Shown here: in pieces, positions 30,682 through 40,643 of the stretch
Position numbering within the stretch: position 1 is the stretch's first letter
How the letters are laid out: the number at the start of each line of letters is the position of its first letter
Assembly (NCBI GenBank): GCA_002699515.1
Contig: PAAW01000001.1
Location: forward strand, 1-49,220
Direction: 5' to 3'
DNA: 49,220 bases
From: Methanobacteriota archaeon
Lineage (GTDB): Archaea > Thermoplasmatota > Poseidoniia > Poseidoniales > Poseidoniaceae
Program-made: the position numbers and the translations under genes
The notes under the pieces: generated by a model
Seen by the model: only the letters and a program-made list of their open reading frames with translations
Database searches by the model: none
What the model was told of the DNA's origin: nothing

Positions 30682-32727
30682 TCATTCTTCTTCAAAAATC
30701 GCCATTGAATTAGGTGTTTTTACAGCAACTGGTTTTCCTTCAGACATTCCAGAAATATGCATTTGAATGTCTCTGCCTTTACCTTTTAATTCAACTTCTA
30801 AAATCACCTTATTTCCTACTTTTACAGTGTCAAGAAATACTTCGTGATTTCGAGAGAGTAAATTAGGTTGTATTGACATAACGTTCCATTCAATATTGTT
30901 TTTAGATTCAAATTTTAGTGCTGCAATCTCCCAATCAGTTTCATGTGTTTCAATAATAATTAGTAATGGAATCCCATCCTCATTAGCTAATGCAGGATCT
31001 AATTTCCATGAGTTAATGCTAATTGATTTTGTAACATAACTTATGTCTGGTATTCCCCACGTTTCCAATAGTATATTCCAATCAAGTTTTGTTATTGCTC
31101 GAATAAATATTGATAAATCAGATCTTACTTCATTAATTTCAGAAGCAGAAGTAGATTTCATTGTCCTTAATCTTGCTAACCTTGCCCTATCGTGTAATAT
31201 TAAGTCCATACGTTTTGAATCCTTTTTTATGTTAAATAAAACCCATATCATTGGAGAAATGAAACAGAACCCCATAAACCAAAGTAGGATATTATCCCAA
31301 AATAATAATTCTTCACTTACAAAATATGTATTATTATTTGTTTGGTTTTTAATTGATTTAATTTGAATTTCATAGGTAGTTATTGATTGATTCAAATCTC
31401 CATAAGACCAATTTTGAATATTTCCTAATCTTATATTAATTAATTTGACATAATGTGTCCCTGGAGAAACTTCAGTTTGTAACTTCTCTAATGTTGAAGT
31501 AGTAGGTACAATATAGGTAATATTCATAGTTCCCTCTGAATTTGGCGAATGAATTTCTAGCATTATAGAACCTGCATCACATAGTAATTCAATTTCAACT
31601 AAAAATGTTTCATATTCCTCACCGCTAATTGTTAAAATCCATACATCTGCTTCATCAAAAACACTTAGTGGCATACTTCCAATGTATTTTAATCCTGTAT
31701 TTGTTTCAAATTCGTTACATTCGTAGATATCACAATTAAATTGTGTAAGATTTCCTGGTGCATCACCAGCATTACCCATAAATGGGTCTCCATTCTTATT
31801 TAATGAATGTTTAATTTCCCAACTAAATGGTATTCTTTTGTCCTCATCTTCTTGGAAAAAAGCTAATATGACTTCAATTTCATCGACATTTTTTGGAGTA
31901 TAGTAATTAAAATCCGATAAAAACATTTCATTCATTTTATATTGAAATTCAAAATTAATACATTCATTTATTTTTTCACCATTAATCATAATACAATTTA
32001 ATTGAATAGAATAATTGAAATCACTTGAAATATCTAAATTCCATAATTGACCTTGTTTAATTGAATGATTTAGCACATTAATACAAACCAGATCATTATT
32101 ACAATTATTACCATTCGATGAATTAATATTTATTCCTTTATTTTTATATGAGATATGAGTGCTATTTTCAACAAATTCTTGACCCATGTCTCCTATTTGA
32201 TTACTTTTAACCAATATTGAATAGTTTCCAGAGGTAGATAATGATTTTATTTTTATCCAAAGTTCTTCATTAGTTTCATCAACTGTGGTAATATTATTAC
32301 AAATGAGAGTTGTAGTTGGAATTTCAGAAATAAGCGGTTCATTTAATTCTTGAATAAGATTTTCATTTTGATTTCTTGAATATGTATTAATTGAGATTGG
32401 TACGGTTGATGTATTAATACATAATTCATAAGAAACTTGTTTGTTTAAACTATTTGATTTAATCCAGTATACGTCCTTGTCTTCCGAATTTATAAATTTC
32501 CCATTAATCTCTTGATAATTTGAAATGGAGTTATTTAAAACACATGTTACGGGCTCACAAGCATTAATTGTAATTGCTGAAATATTATGATTTACTTGAG
32601 GACTAGGAATACTTTCTGTAGCATCTGTAGATTCTACAATTATTTCCGCACTACTATTGATACTTGTCATCGGCAAAATTATAGAACAGAGAATTACTGA
32701 AATTAAGCATAAATTTCTCCAGTTCAT
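30682..32727 (-). CDS. Single-pass membrane protein with large extracellular beta domains and a cytoplasmic domain
   Basis: Signal peptide; PPC-like motifs (DKDVYWI, DEADVWIL, GDAPG); TM ILLWFMGFCFISPMIWVLF; about 180-aa C-terminal domain. Confidence 0.7.
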   Translation of the reverse strand: MNWRNLCLISVILCSIILPMTSINSSAEIIVESTDATESIPSPQVNHNISAITINACEPVTCVLNNSISNYQEINGKFINSEDKDVYWIKSNSLNKQVSYELCINTSTVPISINTYSRNQNENLIQELNEPLISEIPTTTLICNNITTVDETNEELWIKIKSLSTSGNYSILVKSNQIGDMGQEFVENSTHISYKNKGININSSNGNNCNNDLVCINVLNHSIKQGQLWNLDISSDFNYSIQLNCIMINGEKINECINFEFQYKMNEMFLSDFNYYTPKNVDEIEVILAFFQEDEDKRIPFSWEIKHSLNKNGDPFMGNAGDAPGNLTQFNCDIYECNEFETNTGLKYIGSMPLSVFDEADVWILTISGEEYETFLVEIELLCDAGSIMLEIHSPNSEGTMNITYIVPTTSTLEKLQTEVSPGTHYVKLINIRLGNIQNWSYGDLNQSITTYEIQIKSIKNQTNNNTYFVSEELLFWDNILLWFMGFCFISPMIWVLFNIKKDSKRMDLILHDRARLARLRTMKSTSASEINEVRSDLSIFIRAITKLDWNILLETWGIPDISYVTKSISINSWKLDPALANEDGIPLLIIIETHETDWEIAALKFESKNNIEWNVMSIQPNLLSRNHEVFLDTVKVGNKVILEVELKGKGRDIQMHISGMSEGKPVAVKTPNSMAIFEEE

Positions 32728-32788
32728 AGTTGCCCCATGTGATTCACTTTTTCAAATGATTCAAAGTAATGAGTCAGATGGGGGGTCT

Positions 32789-34546
32789 ATGGGCGGAGAT
32801 GGAATCGGGCTTGATATTTCCGCGAGACAGAGATATGCCAGAGTTTTCAAATTAGGGAATAGAAAGGATCCTTCTGCAAGAACACCAGCATTAATCTTGT
32901 ATGATGAGGATTATGATTTACCTGTTAATTTAGCACCATTTCAATGTACAAGAGTTGGAGAATCATTACCGCCTAAGTTTTTAATTAAAGGAAGAGCAGC
33001 ACTTTCACCACCATTTGAAGATTTTTCTCCTATTTGGGAATTTAATCAAGGCCATGTACTTCCTCCTACACTTAGTGAGACTGAAATTAGGAGTGACGGG
33101 TCATCGAATCCAGTATTGTCATTATCTTTACAAAGAATGATGCAGGATTCAAAGATTGTAAATCTTGAACAACCTTCTATGGTGATAGTTACTGATGCAG
33201 TTCAATTGGCTAATCGTTCTAAGGAGTTTGTAGAGGCAATGTTGATTGTAAGGGAGACATATCCCTCAGCATTAATTTGGTGTCCTGGTTTATCTGGCCC
33301 AGATAACCTTGCATTACTTACTTGGCTAGGTGTAGATTTACACGATTTATCTCGTTCTAGACAAGCTCATTCTGCAGGATTATTATTAACCTCTAACGGG
33401 CCTCGGAATATAGAGCCAGATTTAGAAGGTGAATTATTATTTGAATTACAAATCGAAGAGTGGAAACATGAAGTTGTGACAATTCGTGAATCGATTAGGA
33501 AATTAAAATTAAGAGAATTAGTAGAAAAAAGAGTACTTAATTATCCTAAATTAGTTGAACAATTAAGATGTCACGATCATCTTATAGAAAAACGGAACGT
33601 TGAATCCTTGGCTCGTCATGTTTCTAGGGATCATGTTTTTCAGTGTAATTCACTTTCTGTTAGGTCGGATCCAATTATCAGAGAATGGACCAAAAAGATT
33701 TCTTCTGAATATGTCCCTCATAAATCAAGACAAAAACTACTGATTTTATTGCCCTGTTCTGCAAAAAAGCCGTATAGGATTTCAAGATCACATAAAAAAT
33801 TTAGATACGATATTGGAAATATTTCTGCTACAGAAATTAGTATCACATCTCCATTAGGATTAGTTCCAAGGGAGTTAGAAGAATTATGGCCTGCTGCAAA
33901 TTATGATATTCCTGTGACAGGTCATTGGGATGCAGAAGAAATTATGATTGTAAAGAATTCACTTTCAGGTATATTAGAACGTGTAAAGTATGAATTGATA
34001 ATAAATAATTCTGGTTTCGATTTAGGTTCTGAATTTTCTGGAATTAAAGTAATTGAAACCAATAAAGAAACATTTGCAGATGAAGTAAAAAAGGCTAAAG
34101 AGGAATTAGATATTCAAGAACAAAGTATCAAAGTTAAAAGAATGATAGAATACCAAATGATATCTAAATGGCATTATGGTAGTTTCAGTTGGCTGGAGGG
34201 AACCAAATTAGCAGGTAAACCACCACACTGGAAAATTGAAAAAACAGGGAAACCATTTGCAAGATGGAATCATTTAAATTCAAGTTTTTCTTTTTCTAAG
34301 GCAGCCTTGCCAGTACTTGCTGAAAAAAAGATATTGCCTAGTGCAATTATAAAATTAAATGGGGATTGGAATGGTGATGTATTTGCTCCAATGGTTATCT
34401 CTTTTGATAATTCAATTAGAGTGGGGGATGTATTATTATTATTTTCTGAAGACAATGTCTTAATTGGCTCAGGAATTGCTCAAGCACCAGCTTGGGAATG
34501 GAACAATGGGTGTGGAAGGTTAGCTAAAGTAAGACATAGACTTTAG
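32789..34546 (+). CDS. arcS: Archaeosine synthase subunit (ArcS/TgtA2-like) with PUA domain
   Basis: TGT-like N-part (RTPA, LLTWLGVDLHD), LLPCSAKKPYRISRSH, TSPLGLVPRELE, YDIPVTGHWD, C-terminal PUA (IRVGD...GSG...KVRH). Likely start is ATG 32789. Confidence 0.85.
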   Translation: MGGDGIGLDISARQRYARVFKLGNRKDPSARTPALILYDEDYDLPVNLAPFQCTRVGESLPPKFLIKGRAALSPPFEDFSPIWEFNQGHVLPPTLSETEIRSDGSSNPVLSLSLQRMMQDSKIVNLEQPSMVIVTDAVQLANRSKEFVEAMLIVRETYPSALIWCPGLSGPDNLALLTWLGVDLHDLSRSRQAHSAGLLLTSNGPRNIEPDLEGELLFELQIEEWKHEVVTIRESIRKLKLRELVEKRVLNYPKLVEQLRCHDHLIEKRNVESLARHVSRDHVFQCNSLSVRSDPIIREWTKKISSEYVPHKSRQKLLILLPCSAKKPYRISRSHKKFRYDIGNISATEISITSPLGLVPRELEELWPAANYDIPVTGHWDAEEIMIVKNSLSGILERVKYELIINNSGFDLGSEFSGIKVIETNKETFADEVKKAKEELDIQEQSIKVKRMIEYQMISKWHYGSFSWLEGTKLAGKPPHWKIEKTGKPFARWNHLNSSFSFSKAALPVLAEKKILPSAIIKLNGDWNGDVFAPMVISFDNSIRVGDVLLLFSEDNVLIGSGIAQAPAWEWNNGCGRLAKVRHRL

Positions 34547-34570
34547 AAAAACAATCAAGGCAATTTAAGG

Positions 34571-34584
34571 CAACCGTTCATAAA
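34571..34584 (+). promoter_or_regulatory. Putative BRE/TATA-like box (CAACCG-TTCATAAA) for rps15
   Basis: Starts 43 bp upstream of the ATG; the same TTCATAA occurs upstream of other genes. Confidence 0.45.
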
Positions 34585-34619
34585 GGGGAAGTTTCTCGCC
34601 GAGTCGCTAAGGGATTTGT

Positions 34620-35075
34620 ATGGCACGTATACACAACGGTAGAAAAGGTAGAAGTGGGTCAACAAAACCACATTCAGATGATCTTCCGAAATGGGCATTA
34701 ACAGATGGGAAAAAAATCAAATCATTAGTTTTAGAATTATCTGAAAAAGGACATAGTACCGCAGTTATTGGTACAATCTTGAGAGATCAGCATGCAGTTC
34801 CTGATGTAAGAAGGGCATGTGGAATGAGGATTAATCAGATACTTTCTGAAAAAGGTAAGGCTGCAGAAACCCCAGAAGATTTAATGAATTTACTTCATAA
34901 AGTATTGTCCCTAGTTAATCATTTAGAACTTAACCGTAAAGATTTACATAATTCACGTCAACTTGAATTGACAGAAGCCAAAATTCGTAGATTAGTAAAG
35001 TATTACAAATCAAAAGGAAAATTGCCAGAAGATTGGAAATATGACCGGAAGCAAGTGCGTTTAATGGTTGCTTGA
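34620..35075 (+). CDS. rps15: 30S ribosomal protein S15 (uS15, archaeal type)
   Basis: MARIHNGRKGRSGSTKP, IGTILRDQH, PEDL, KDLHNSRQL, EAKIRRLVKYYK, LPEDWKY. Confidence 0.97.
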   Translation: MARIHNGRKGRSGSTKPHSDDLPKWALTDGKKIKSLVLELSEKGHSTAVIGTILRDQHAVPDVRRACGMRINQILSEKGKAAETPEDLMNLLHKVLSLVNHLELNRKDLHNSRQLELTEAKIRRLVKYYKSKGKLPEDWKYDRKQVRLMVA

Positions 35076-35115
35076 TAAGTTAATATTCAAGAACCTAATT
35101 CATCTCAATAGGATT

Positions 35116-35961
35116 ATGGAACCATTTGATTTATTTCCTTTTGTCTCAGAGATTAAATCAGAATTAGATGTGTTTTTTGAATCGATCATTAATGCAAAAA
35201 GAGTTACATTAGTAGCCGAACCAAAATTAAATCAGTTACTTTCACTATCATTTTTAGAAGCCTCGTTTTTAGATCACGGGATATTATATAATCGAAAATT
35301 AGTTGAAGATTCCAATTCAGAAATCATCTTTGAGGATAATTTACATATTTTATTTAATGGAAGATCACATGATGGTGAAATTATTAAAGTAATTGAATCG
35401 AAAGAAATTAATCTTCAACTAGGTCAAAATAAAACAAATAGAGTTGGTAGATTAGATATTGTTGGATTTTCTGCGTGTTTAGCTTTAATGATCGGAGGAG
35501 GTAGAGTTAACAGATTATTGCCTTTGATTTTAGCAGGTAATTGGTTAAGAGAAAACCTTGATTTTACTTATGATACAGTATTCACAGCTCTTAGAGATTC
35601 TCTTAGGAAAAAGGGAGAAATATCAGTAGTTACAATAGCGGAAGTTTCTGAACTAGATTTAATTGAATTGCCAGGAATTGACTCTAAAAAATTAAATGAT
35701 TTAAAAAATAGATGGAACGAAATAGATTTAGAAGAGCAATCTGTAATGTTATCACACATTGTAAAACCCTTACTAAAAAGCTCGATAGGGGTTGCGAGGT
35801 TAGAAGAACTAATTTGGCATAGAATTATTACTGAAAATTGGAATTTAGATTTAGCCAGTCAATGTAGTAAAGCACAAAGAGACTTAAGGAGTAGTTCTCA
35901 GAAGTTAGTTTCAGCAAGTAGATTGGTTGATAAGGTCATAAGAACGGGGATTATTTCTTAA
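35116..35961 (+). CDS. Hypothetical protein, possibly a degenerate DHH/RecJ-like protein
   Basis: Follows rps15; weak fold-pattern similarity to DHH motifs with no catalytic Asp/His. Likely start is ATG 35116. Confidence 0.5.
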   Translation: MEPFDLFPFVSEIKSELDVFFESIINAKRVTLVAEPKLNQLLSLSFLEASFLDHGILYNRKLVEDSNSEIIFEDNLHILFNGRSHDGEIIKVIESKEINLQLGQNKTNRVGRLDIVGFSACLALMIGGGRVNRLLPLILAGNWLRENLDFTYDTVFTALRDSLRKKGEISVVTIAEVSELDLIELPGIDSKKLNDLKNRWNEIDLEEQSVMLSHIVKPLLKSSIGVARLEELIWHRIITENWNLDLASQCSKAQRDLRSSSQKLVSASRLVDKVIRTGIIS

Positions 35962-37946
35962 TCTACAATTTTCAAAACTTTATCGCATCCAGAGCAGGTA
36001 ATTCTTAATGGCCTTTCATTTGATGTAATGCTAATTGCTGTTGAACAATTAGGACAATCAAATGAAGGGTAATCTGAATTCAAAGAATCGGTTCTTGTAC
36101 CCGAATATACTCCACTCTCTTTTGTCCCCGATATCATTGCAGTTAAGATCCATAAACCAGAACTAGAAACAGCACTAATTAATACAATTATAAATTCTAG
36201 AGATAAGAAATATATTAAGAACCCAACTGCATTAAAGATGATAATTTCACTAATTAGAATAATTTTATTTTTTTCTCTTGAAATAAATAATGAAATAATT
36301 AAACCAGCAATTACAATTCCTGAACAGATTAAAAAGATCGCCAATGGTGATTCAATTGGAGTTCCTCCTTGTTGTACCCATAATAAGGGCGAATCAGATT
36401 GAGTAAATGTTGTAGTTGCTGTAATTTTCTGTGTAAATATTAATCTTGTTTGAGTTACTTCAATATCAGTAAAATCCATGACAAAGACACTATTAATGGC
36501 ATCTGTTTTTAATACGAAATTATAATTGATTGAGCTCCATATACGGTCACTTTCATCAAAATAAGGTTTGATGAAATTATCCAGCATAAGATGTTCTTGA
36601 CCGCCAGTATTTGTTTGTCTTGTTTTGAAAGTTAAAGTTACAGGAGTATTGCTTACAGTATCGTCTCCATTAAGGAGGACTTCAACACCGACGTAATCAA
36701 AATCAGCTCTTTCTAAGCCTAGTAATCGTCTTGAATCAATGCCAAGACCTTGACTTAGGAAATTGTTTAGTTCTGTTTGCCTTATTTGTGTTTCAAAACT
36801 ACTCACCTCTGCATTATCTATTACTCTGTTTTGATAATAATCAGAATTTGCAGGATCAAGATTTCTAAGCCATGATGTTGAATTTAAGCTAGGGTTGCCC
36901 ATATTATCTAATCCCCACCTTATCCAAAAAGCAACATTTTCTTGTAATTGAAGCGTAATTGTTTTTTCAATATCGGTAGATAAATCTACTTCGATATTTA
37001 CATCTAAATCTGTACCTCCAGTTCTTATTGGTTCAGTTAAAGGATAAAAGTAACTATTACCTTCACTTTCTCCGAATTCTATATCATATTCAATTTCCGC
37101 ATTGACTGTAGTTCCATTTTGAAAATTAATTTTAATGCTAAATGGATACTTTCCATCTTCAATACTTATGTCTGTAGCCCAAGTCCAAGTTAGAAGATTT
37201 CCCTGAGTAGAAACTGGAGATTGTTCAATTAAATTTCCATTTGCGTAGAATTCAAAATTTGATTCGGCAATAAGTTGTGCTCCATATCCAGAATTAAATT
37301 TGACAGGTATGTGAGCAGAACGACCTTCTATAATTGGTTCATCTACATCTATTTCAAATAGTGGAGTATCTATACTGATTGAACCTCTGTGTTCTGTTGT
37401 ACCCCACAAGAATTTAATTGAGGGATTTTGACCCGTTGGGAGTAATAATTCTTGTACAGAGAAAACAACAACTATTGACTCTTCAGCTAGTAATGTTCCT
37501 TCAGAAACATCAATATCAAGTTCTAAAACACCTTCTTCACCAGGTAGAAATGTTTGAGGTAATGCAGTTGAACCTGTATTTGATTCACTTCCTAATCTTA
37601 GTTCTACAGTTGCATTTATTGTAACTCCTGCACCATCATTTATACGATATGGTAGAATGAATGTTGCAGTATGGCTTGGATATGAACCTCCAAAATTAGT
37701 TTGTCCAGACCATCGTCCAACTTCTGTTGATTGTGTGATCGCAGAACCTACCTCTGAGTTTTGTTCGGTTCCTAAACTTGATTCAAAGGGTGATAGTAAA
37801 CCATTTGATGAACTTCCACTAAAAATTAAATCATATTGTATTGATTCACAGCATATTACTTCACTTGAAACAACTCCTACATTAGAAAATGGGGCAACTA
37901 TCGAAGAGCACATTAATATGAATAATATTGCTGAAATTCGTTTCAA
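35958..37946 (-). CDS. Membrane protein: large extracellular domain, about 3 C-terminal TMs, cytoplasmic zinc ribbon
   Basis: SD GAGGTGA then TTG 37946; signal peptide; C-terminal CPNC...RPLRITCSGC. Confidence 0.75.
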   Translation of the reverse strand: MKRISAILFILMCSSIVAPFSNVGVVSSEVICCESIQYDLIFSGSSSNGLLSPFESSLGTEQNSEVGSAITQSTEVGRWSGQTNFGGSYPSHTATFILPYRINDGAGVTINATVELRLGSESNTGSTALPQTFLPGEEGVLELDIDVSEGTLLAEESIVVVFSVQELLLPTGQNPSIKFLWGTTEHRGSISIDTPLFEIDVDEPIIEGRSAHIPVKFNSGYGAQLIAESNFEFYANGNLIEQSPVSTQGNLLTWTWATDISIEDGKYPFSIKINFQNGTTVNAEIEYDIEFGESEGNSYFYPLTEPIRTGGTDLDVNIEVDLSTDIEKTITLQLQENVAFWIRWGLDNMGNPSLNSTSWLRNLDPANSDYYQNRVIDNAEVSSFETQIRQTELNNFLSQGLGIDSRRLLGLERADFDYVGVEVLLNGDDTVSNTPVTLTFKTRQTNTGGQEHLMLDNFIKPYFDESDRIWSSINYNFVLKTDAINSVFVMDFTDIEVTQTRLIFTQKITATTTFTQSDSPLLWVQQGGTPIESPLAIFLICSGIVIAGLIISLFISREKNKIILISEIIIFNAVGFLIYFLSLEFIIVLISAVSSSGLWILTAMISGTKESGVYSGTRTDSLNSDYPSFDCPNCSTAISITSNERPLRITCSGCDKVLKIVD

Positions 37947-38022
37947 TATTCTCACCTCTTTATGATTCGGGGTGTGTAAAGAGGATATGAAATAAACCCA
38001 TTAAAGATTACTAAGTCCTAAG

Positions 38023-38373
38023 TTATAGAGCCCTTTCTAGTAATTCGCTTAATTCTTTCTCAAACATATTCATCACTAATTCTGCGAATTCATGTTGCAT
38101 TTCTTCAGGAAGTAAATTCATTCCTAATTTTAACGCTGAACGACTTGCTTTAACTTCAGCAAAAGCCGAACGTGCTTTTGCTTCAAAATAGTTTTCAATG
38201 GTTTCTTTTAATTCACCTTTTAGTTCTGGACTTTCCTCAATTTTTTGTTTAATATATCCTTTAATTTCATCTTTCACTAAATCTCTCGCTGCTTCCATGA
38301 TTAAATCTTCTGGTCTAAGCAATTCTTCTATACGTTCTTGAATAGATCCACTTAACAATCGTTCTATTGCCAT
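38023..38373 (-). CDS. Hypothetical helical protein
   Basis: 116-aa Glu/Lys/Leu-rich ORF with ATG start, divergent from the CBS gene. Confidence 0.7.
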   Translation of the reverse strand: MAIERLLSGSIQERIEELLRPEDLIMEAARDLVKDEIKGYIKQKIEESPELKGELKETIENYFEAKARSAFAEVKASRSALKLGMNLLPEEMQHEFAELVMNMFEKELSELLERAL

Positions 38374-38430
38374 GGTGTACGGTAGGTGCTGCTCCGTTTC
38401 AACCTTACGAATTATTGTTCTTTACTTTGA

Positions 38431-38442
38431 CAAGGTTCATAA
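38431..38442 (+). promoter_or_regulatory. Putative BRE/TATA-like box (CAAGG-TTCATAA) for the CBS gene
   Basis: TTCATAA starts 43 bp upstream of ATG 38479. Confidence 0.45.
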
Positions 38443-38478
38443 TGCCATTCTTGTTGAGGTGTACCATAGGGGATTTAC

Positions 38479-38856
38479 ATGAAGGTATCAGAATTAGTTC
38501 TTACTGATGAACACGACACAATCTTACCAGACACATCTTTGGTAGAGGCAACTAAGAAATTATTATCACTTCCAAGAGGTGTTTTAATTGTTTTAGGGAA
38601 AGATAAAACACCAAAAGGCGTACTTGCAGACGCTCAAATATTAAGAGCAGTTTCAGAAGGTTTAGATTGCCATAAGGAAACTTGTGCATCTCATATGAAT
38701 ACTGATATTATGGCTGTAGGTCTTGATACTGACGTTTCAGAAATTGTTGCTGAAATGAATGCCAGAAAACCTCATGCAGTTGTTGCTGTAGATGGTGATG
38801 GTGGTTTCGCAGGATATTTCAGTCCAAATGATTACAGGGAAGCTCTTTCCAACTAA
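38479..38856 (+). CDS. CBS domain pair protein
   Basis: PDTSLVEATKKL...KGVLADAQILRAV...HMNTD...VVAVDGDGGFAGYFS; SD GGGG. Confidence 0.85.
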   Translation: MKVSELVLTDEHDTILPDTSLVEATKKLLSLPRGVLIVLGKDKTPKGVLADAQILRAVSEGLDCHKETCASHMNTDIMAVGLDTDVSEIVAEMNARKPHAVVAVDGDGGFAGYFSPNDYREALSN

Positions 38857-40607
38857 TCGTGGAGAAAGATTAATTCATTTTCATGTTCTAGTTTAGCGTA
38901 GCCTATTCTTTCTAGTTGTACTATACTTTGTACTTTTACATGGTTAGATTTTTCTAGCATTCCATGAATTAATTCTAATTCGTCTTCAATCGTAGTTTCT
39001 AATGTTGCTTTTGTGCAATTATTAGAATCTAACCAATGAATAATTGGTAATTTCTCGCTAGGATTGATACTATTTATTTTTGCTTTATTTCCATTTATTT
39101 CGATGTCTGCAAAATCCTTAAGGCGAATTTTATAATTATTGTTCTTTGCTAATTCTAAATCCTTCTTTTCAAGATAAATCGTAGTATTTTCTTTTGAAAT
39201 CTCCCATTTTCTTAATCCTAGTTTAATATCTTCAGGATGGACCTGCGTATTAAAAACACGTGGAATTTCTTCATTTCCATTTTCTAAGTTAATTTCAATT
39301 GGTTCTCTAACAAAAAATAATCTTGGTGTTGATTCATCAATTATTTTTACGTTATGTGAATATATTGTTGCCATTGATGCAGAAATATCTTTTTGAGTTA
39401 ATGCTAATTCAATCCAGAAATTTCGTAATCCTTCCGCAGAAAAACCTCTTCTACGCATGCTTGCAAGGGTAGGAAGTCTAGAATCATCCCATCCTCTATA
39501 TTTTCCCTCCTCGATATCATTTCTCATCCCTGAAGTAGAAAAACCTCCAAATTCATGAATTTTCACTCTTCCCCAATATACAGTTTCAGGATAAGTCCAT
39601 TCAAAATGATTGTATAATAGAGTTTGTTTTCTTGTTGAATCCATTAAATCTTTACCTCTTATTATATGGGTGACTCCTTGTAAATGATCTTCAATAGCAC
39701 TTTGGAAATCTAATAATGGCCATACTTTGTATTTTGATTTGATTTCATTTCTAGGATGAGGGTTGTTTTCAGTATCTTGAATTCTTAAAGCAGGCCAATC
39801 TCTTAATGCAGGATTTGGTAATGTCATATCAGTTTTTATACGTACTACTGCTTCTCCTGGTGAAAAATCACCATTGAGCATTTTTTCCCATAGCTTTAAA
39901 TTTTCTTCAGGAGATCTTGACCTATCAGGTGAATTAGTTTTATTTTGACGAAATTCTCTGAAAGCATCTGCACTAAGTGTGCATACATATGCTCCACCTT
40001 TTTTGATTAATTTAGATGCAAATTCATAATATGTTTCAATACGATTTGATGCAATTACAACTTTATCTGCAGGCTTCCCTGTAAGCCATTGAACTTCATC
40101 TTGAATTAATTGGTATGCCTCTGGTAATGGTGGCTTTCTTACTGTGTCAGTATCGTCAAATCTTAAAATCCATTTCCCCTCATATCTTTTTGCATATTCG
40201 CTATTGATTACAACGCCGCGTGAATGACCGAATGAAAGAGGGCCATTTGGGTTCGGAGCAAATCTGAGGACTACTTTACCATTCTCTGCATTTTTCAAAT
40301 CAGGAAGTCCAGTTCTCTTTTCTTTAACTTTTTTTTCAAGAAGTTCTGGTGCATTTTTCTCTAGTATGCTTTTCAAATGTGCAATTCCCTTTTCTTCTGC
40401 TAAATTGTTTGCTTCTTCAACAGTATCTTTAATGATTGCAGTTAGTTCTTTTGCATGTTTTCTTGCTTCAGGAAATGTACCCATCACTTTCCCCATTACA
40501 GATGATAATTGCCCTTTTCCTTCGTATTGTAATGAGTTTTGAATAGCAAGATGAAAAATATTTTCCATCAATTTTGAGTCAGGCACCCAAGGCATTGTAC
40601 ATTCCAC
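38853..40607 (-). CDS. gltX: Glutamate--tRNA ligase (archaeal)
   Basis: VVLRFAPNPNGPLSFGHSRG, LRFDDTD, GVTHIIRGKDL, GWDDSRLPT, QLERIGY. Confidence 0.96.
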   Translation of the reverse strand: MECTMPWVPDSKLMENIFHLAIQNSLQYEGKGQLSSVMGKVMGTFPEARKHAKELTAIIKDTVEEANNLAEEKGIAHLKSILEKNAPELLEKKVKEKRTGLPDLKNAENGKVVLRFAPNPNGPLSFGHSRGVVINSEYAKRYEGKWILRFDDTDTVRKPPLPEAYQLIQDEVQWLTGKPADKVVIASNRIETYYEFASKLIKKGGAYVCTLSADAFREFRQNKTNSPDRSRSPEENLKLWEKMLNGDFSPGEAVVRIKTDMTLPNPALRDWPALRIQDTENNPHPRNEIKSKYKVWPLLDFQSAIEDHLQGVTHIIRGKDLMDSTRKQTLLYNHFEWTYPETVYWGRVKIHEFGGFSTSGMRNDIEEGKYRGWDDSRLPTLASMRRRGFSAEGLRNFWIELALTQKDISASMATIYSHNVKIIDESTPRLFFVREPIEINLENGNEEIPRVFNTQVHPEDIKLGLRKWEISKENTTIYLEKKDLELAKNNNYKIRLKDFADIEINGNKAKINSINPSEKLPIIHWLDSNNCTKATLETTIEDELELIHGMLEKSNHVKVQSIVQLERIGYAKLEHENELIFLHD

Positions 40608-40643
40608 ATGGCTCTTATTATTGAAATGGATGCTTAAAATAAT

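Noticed and set aside
32657-32788. Head-to-head overlap of arcS with the 681-aa gene
   Set aside because: Artefact of longest-ORF calling; ATG 32789 with a G-rich SD removes the overlap.
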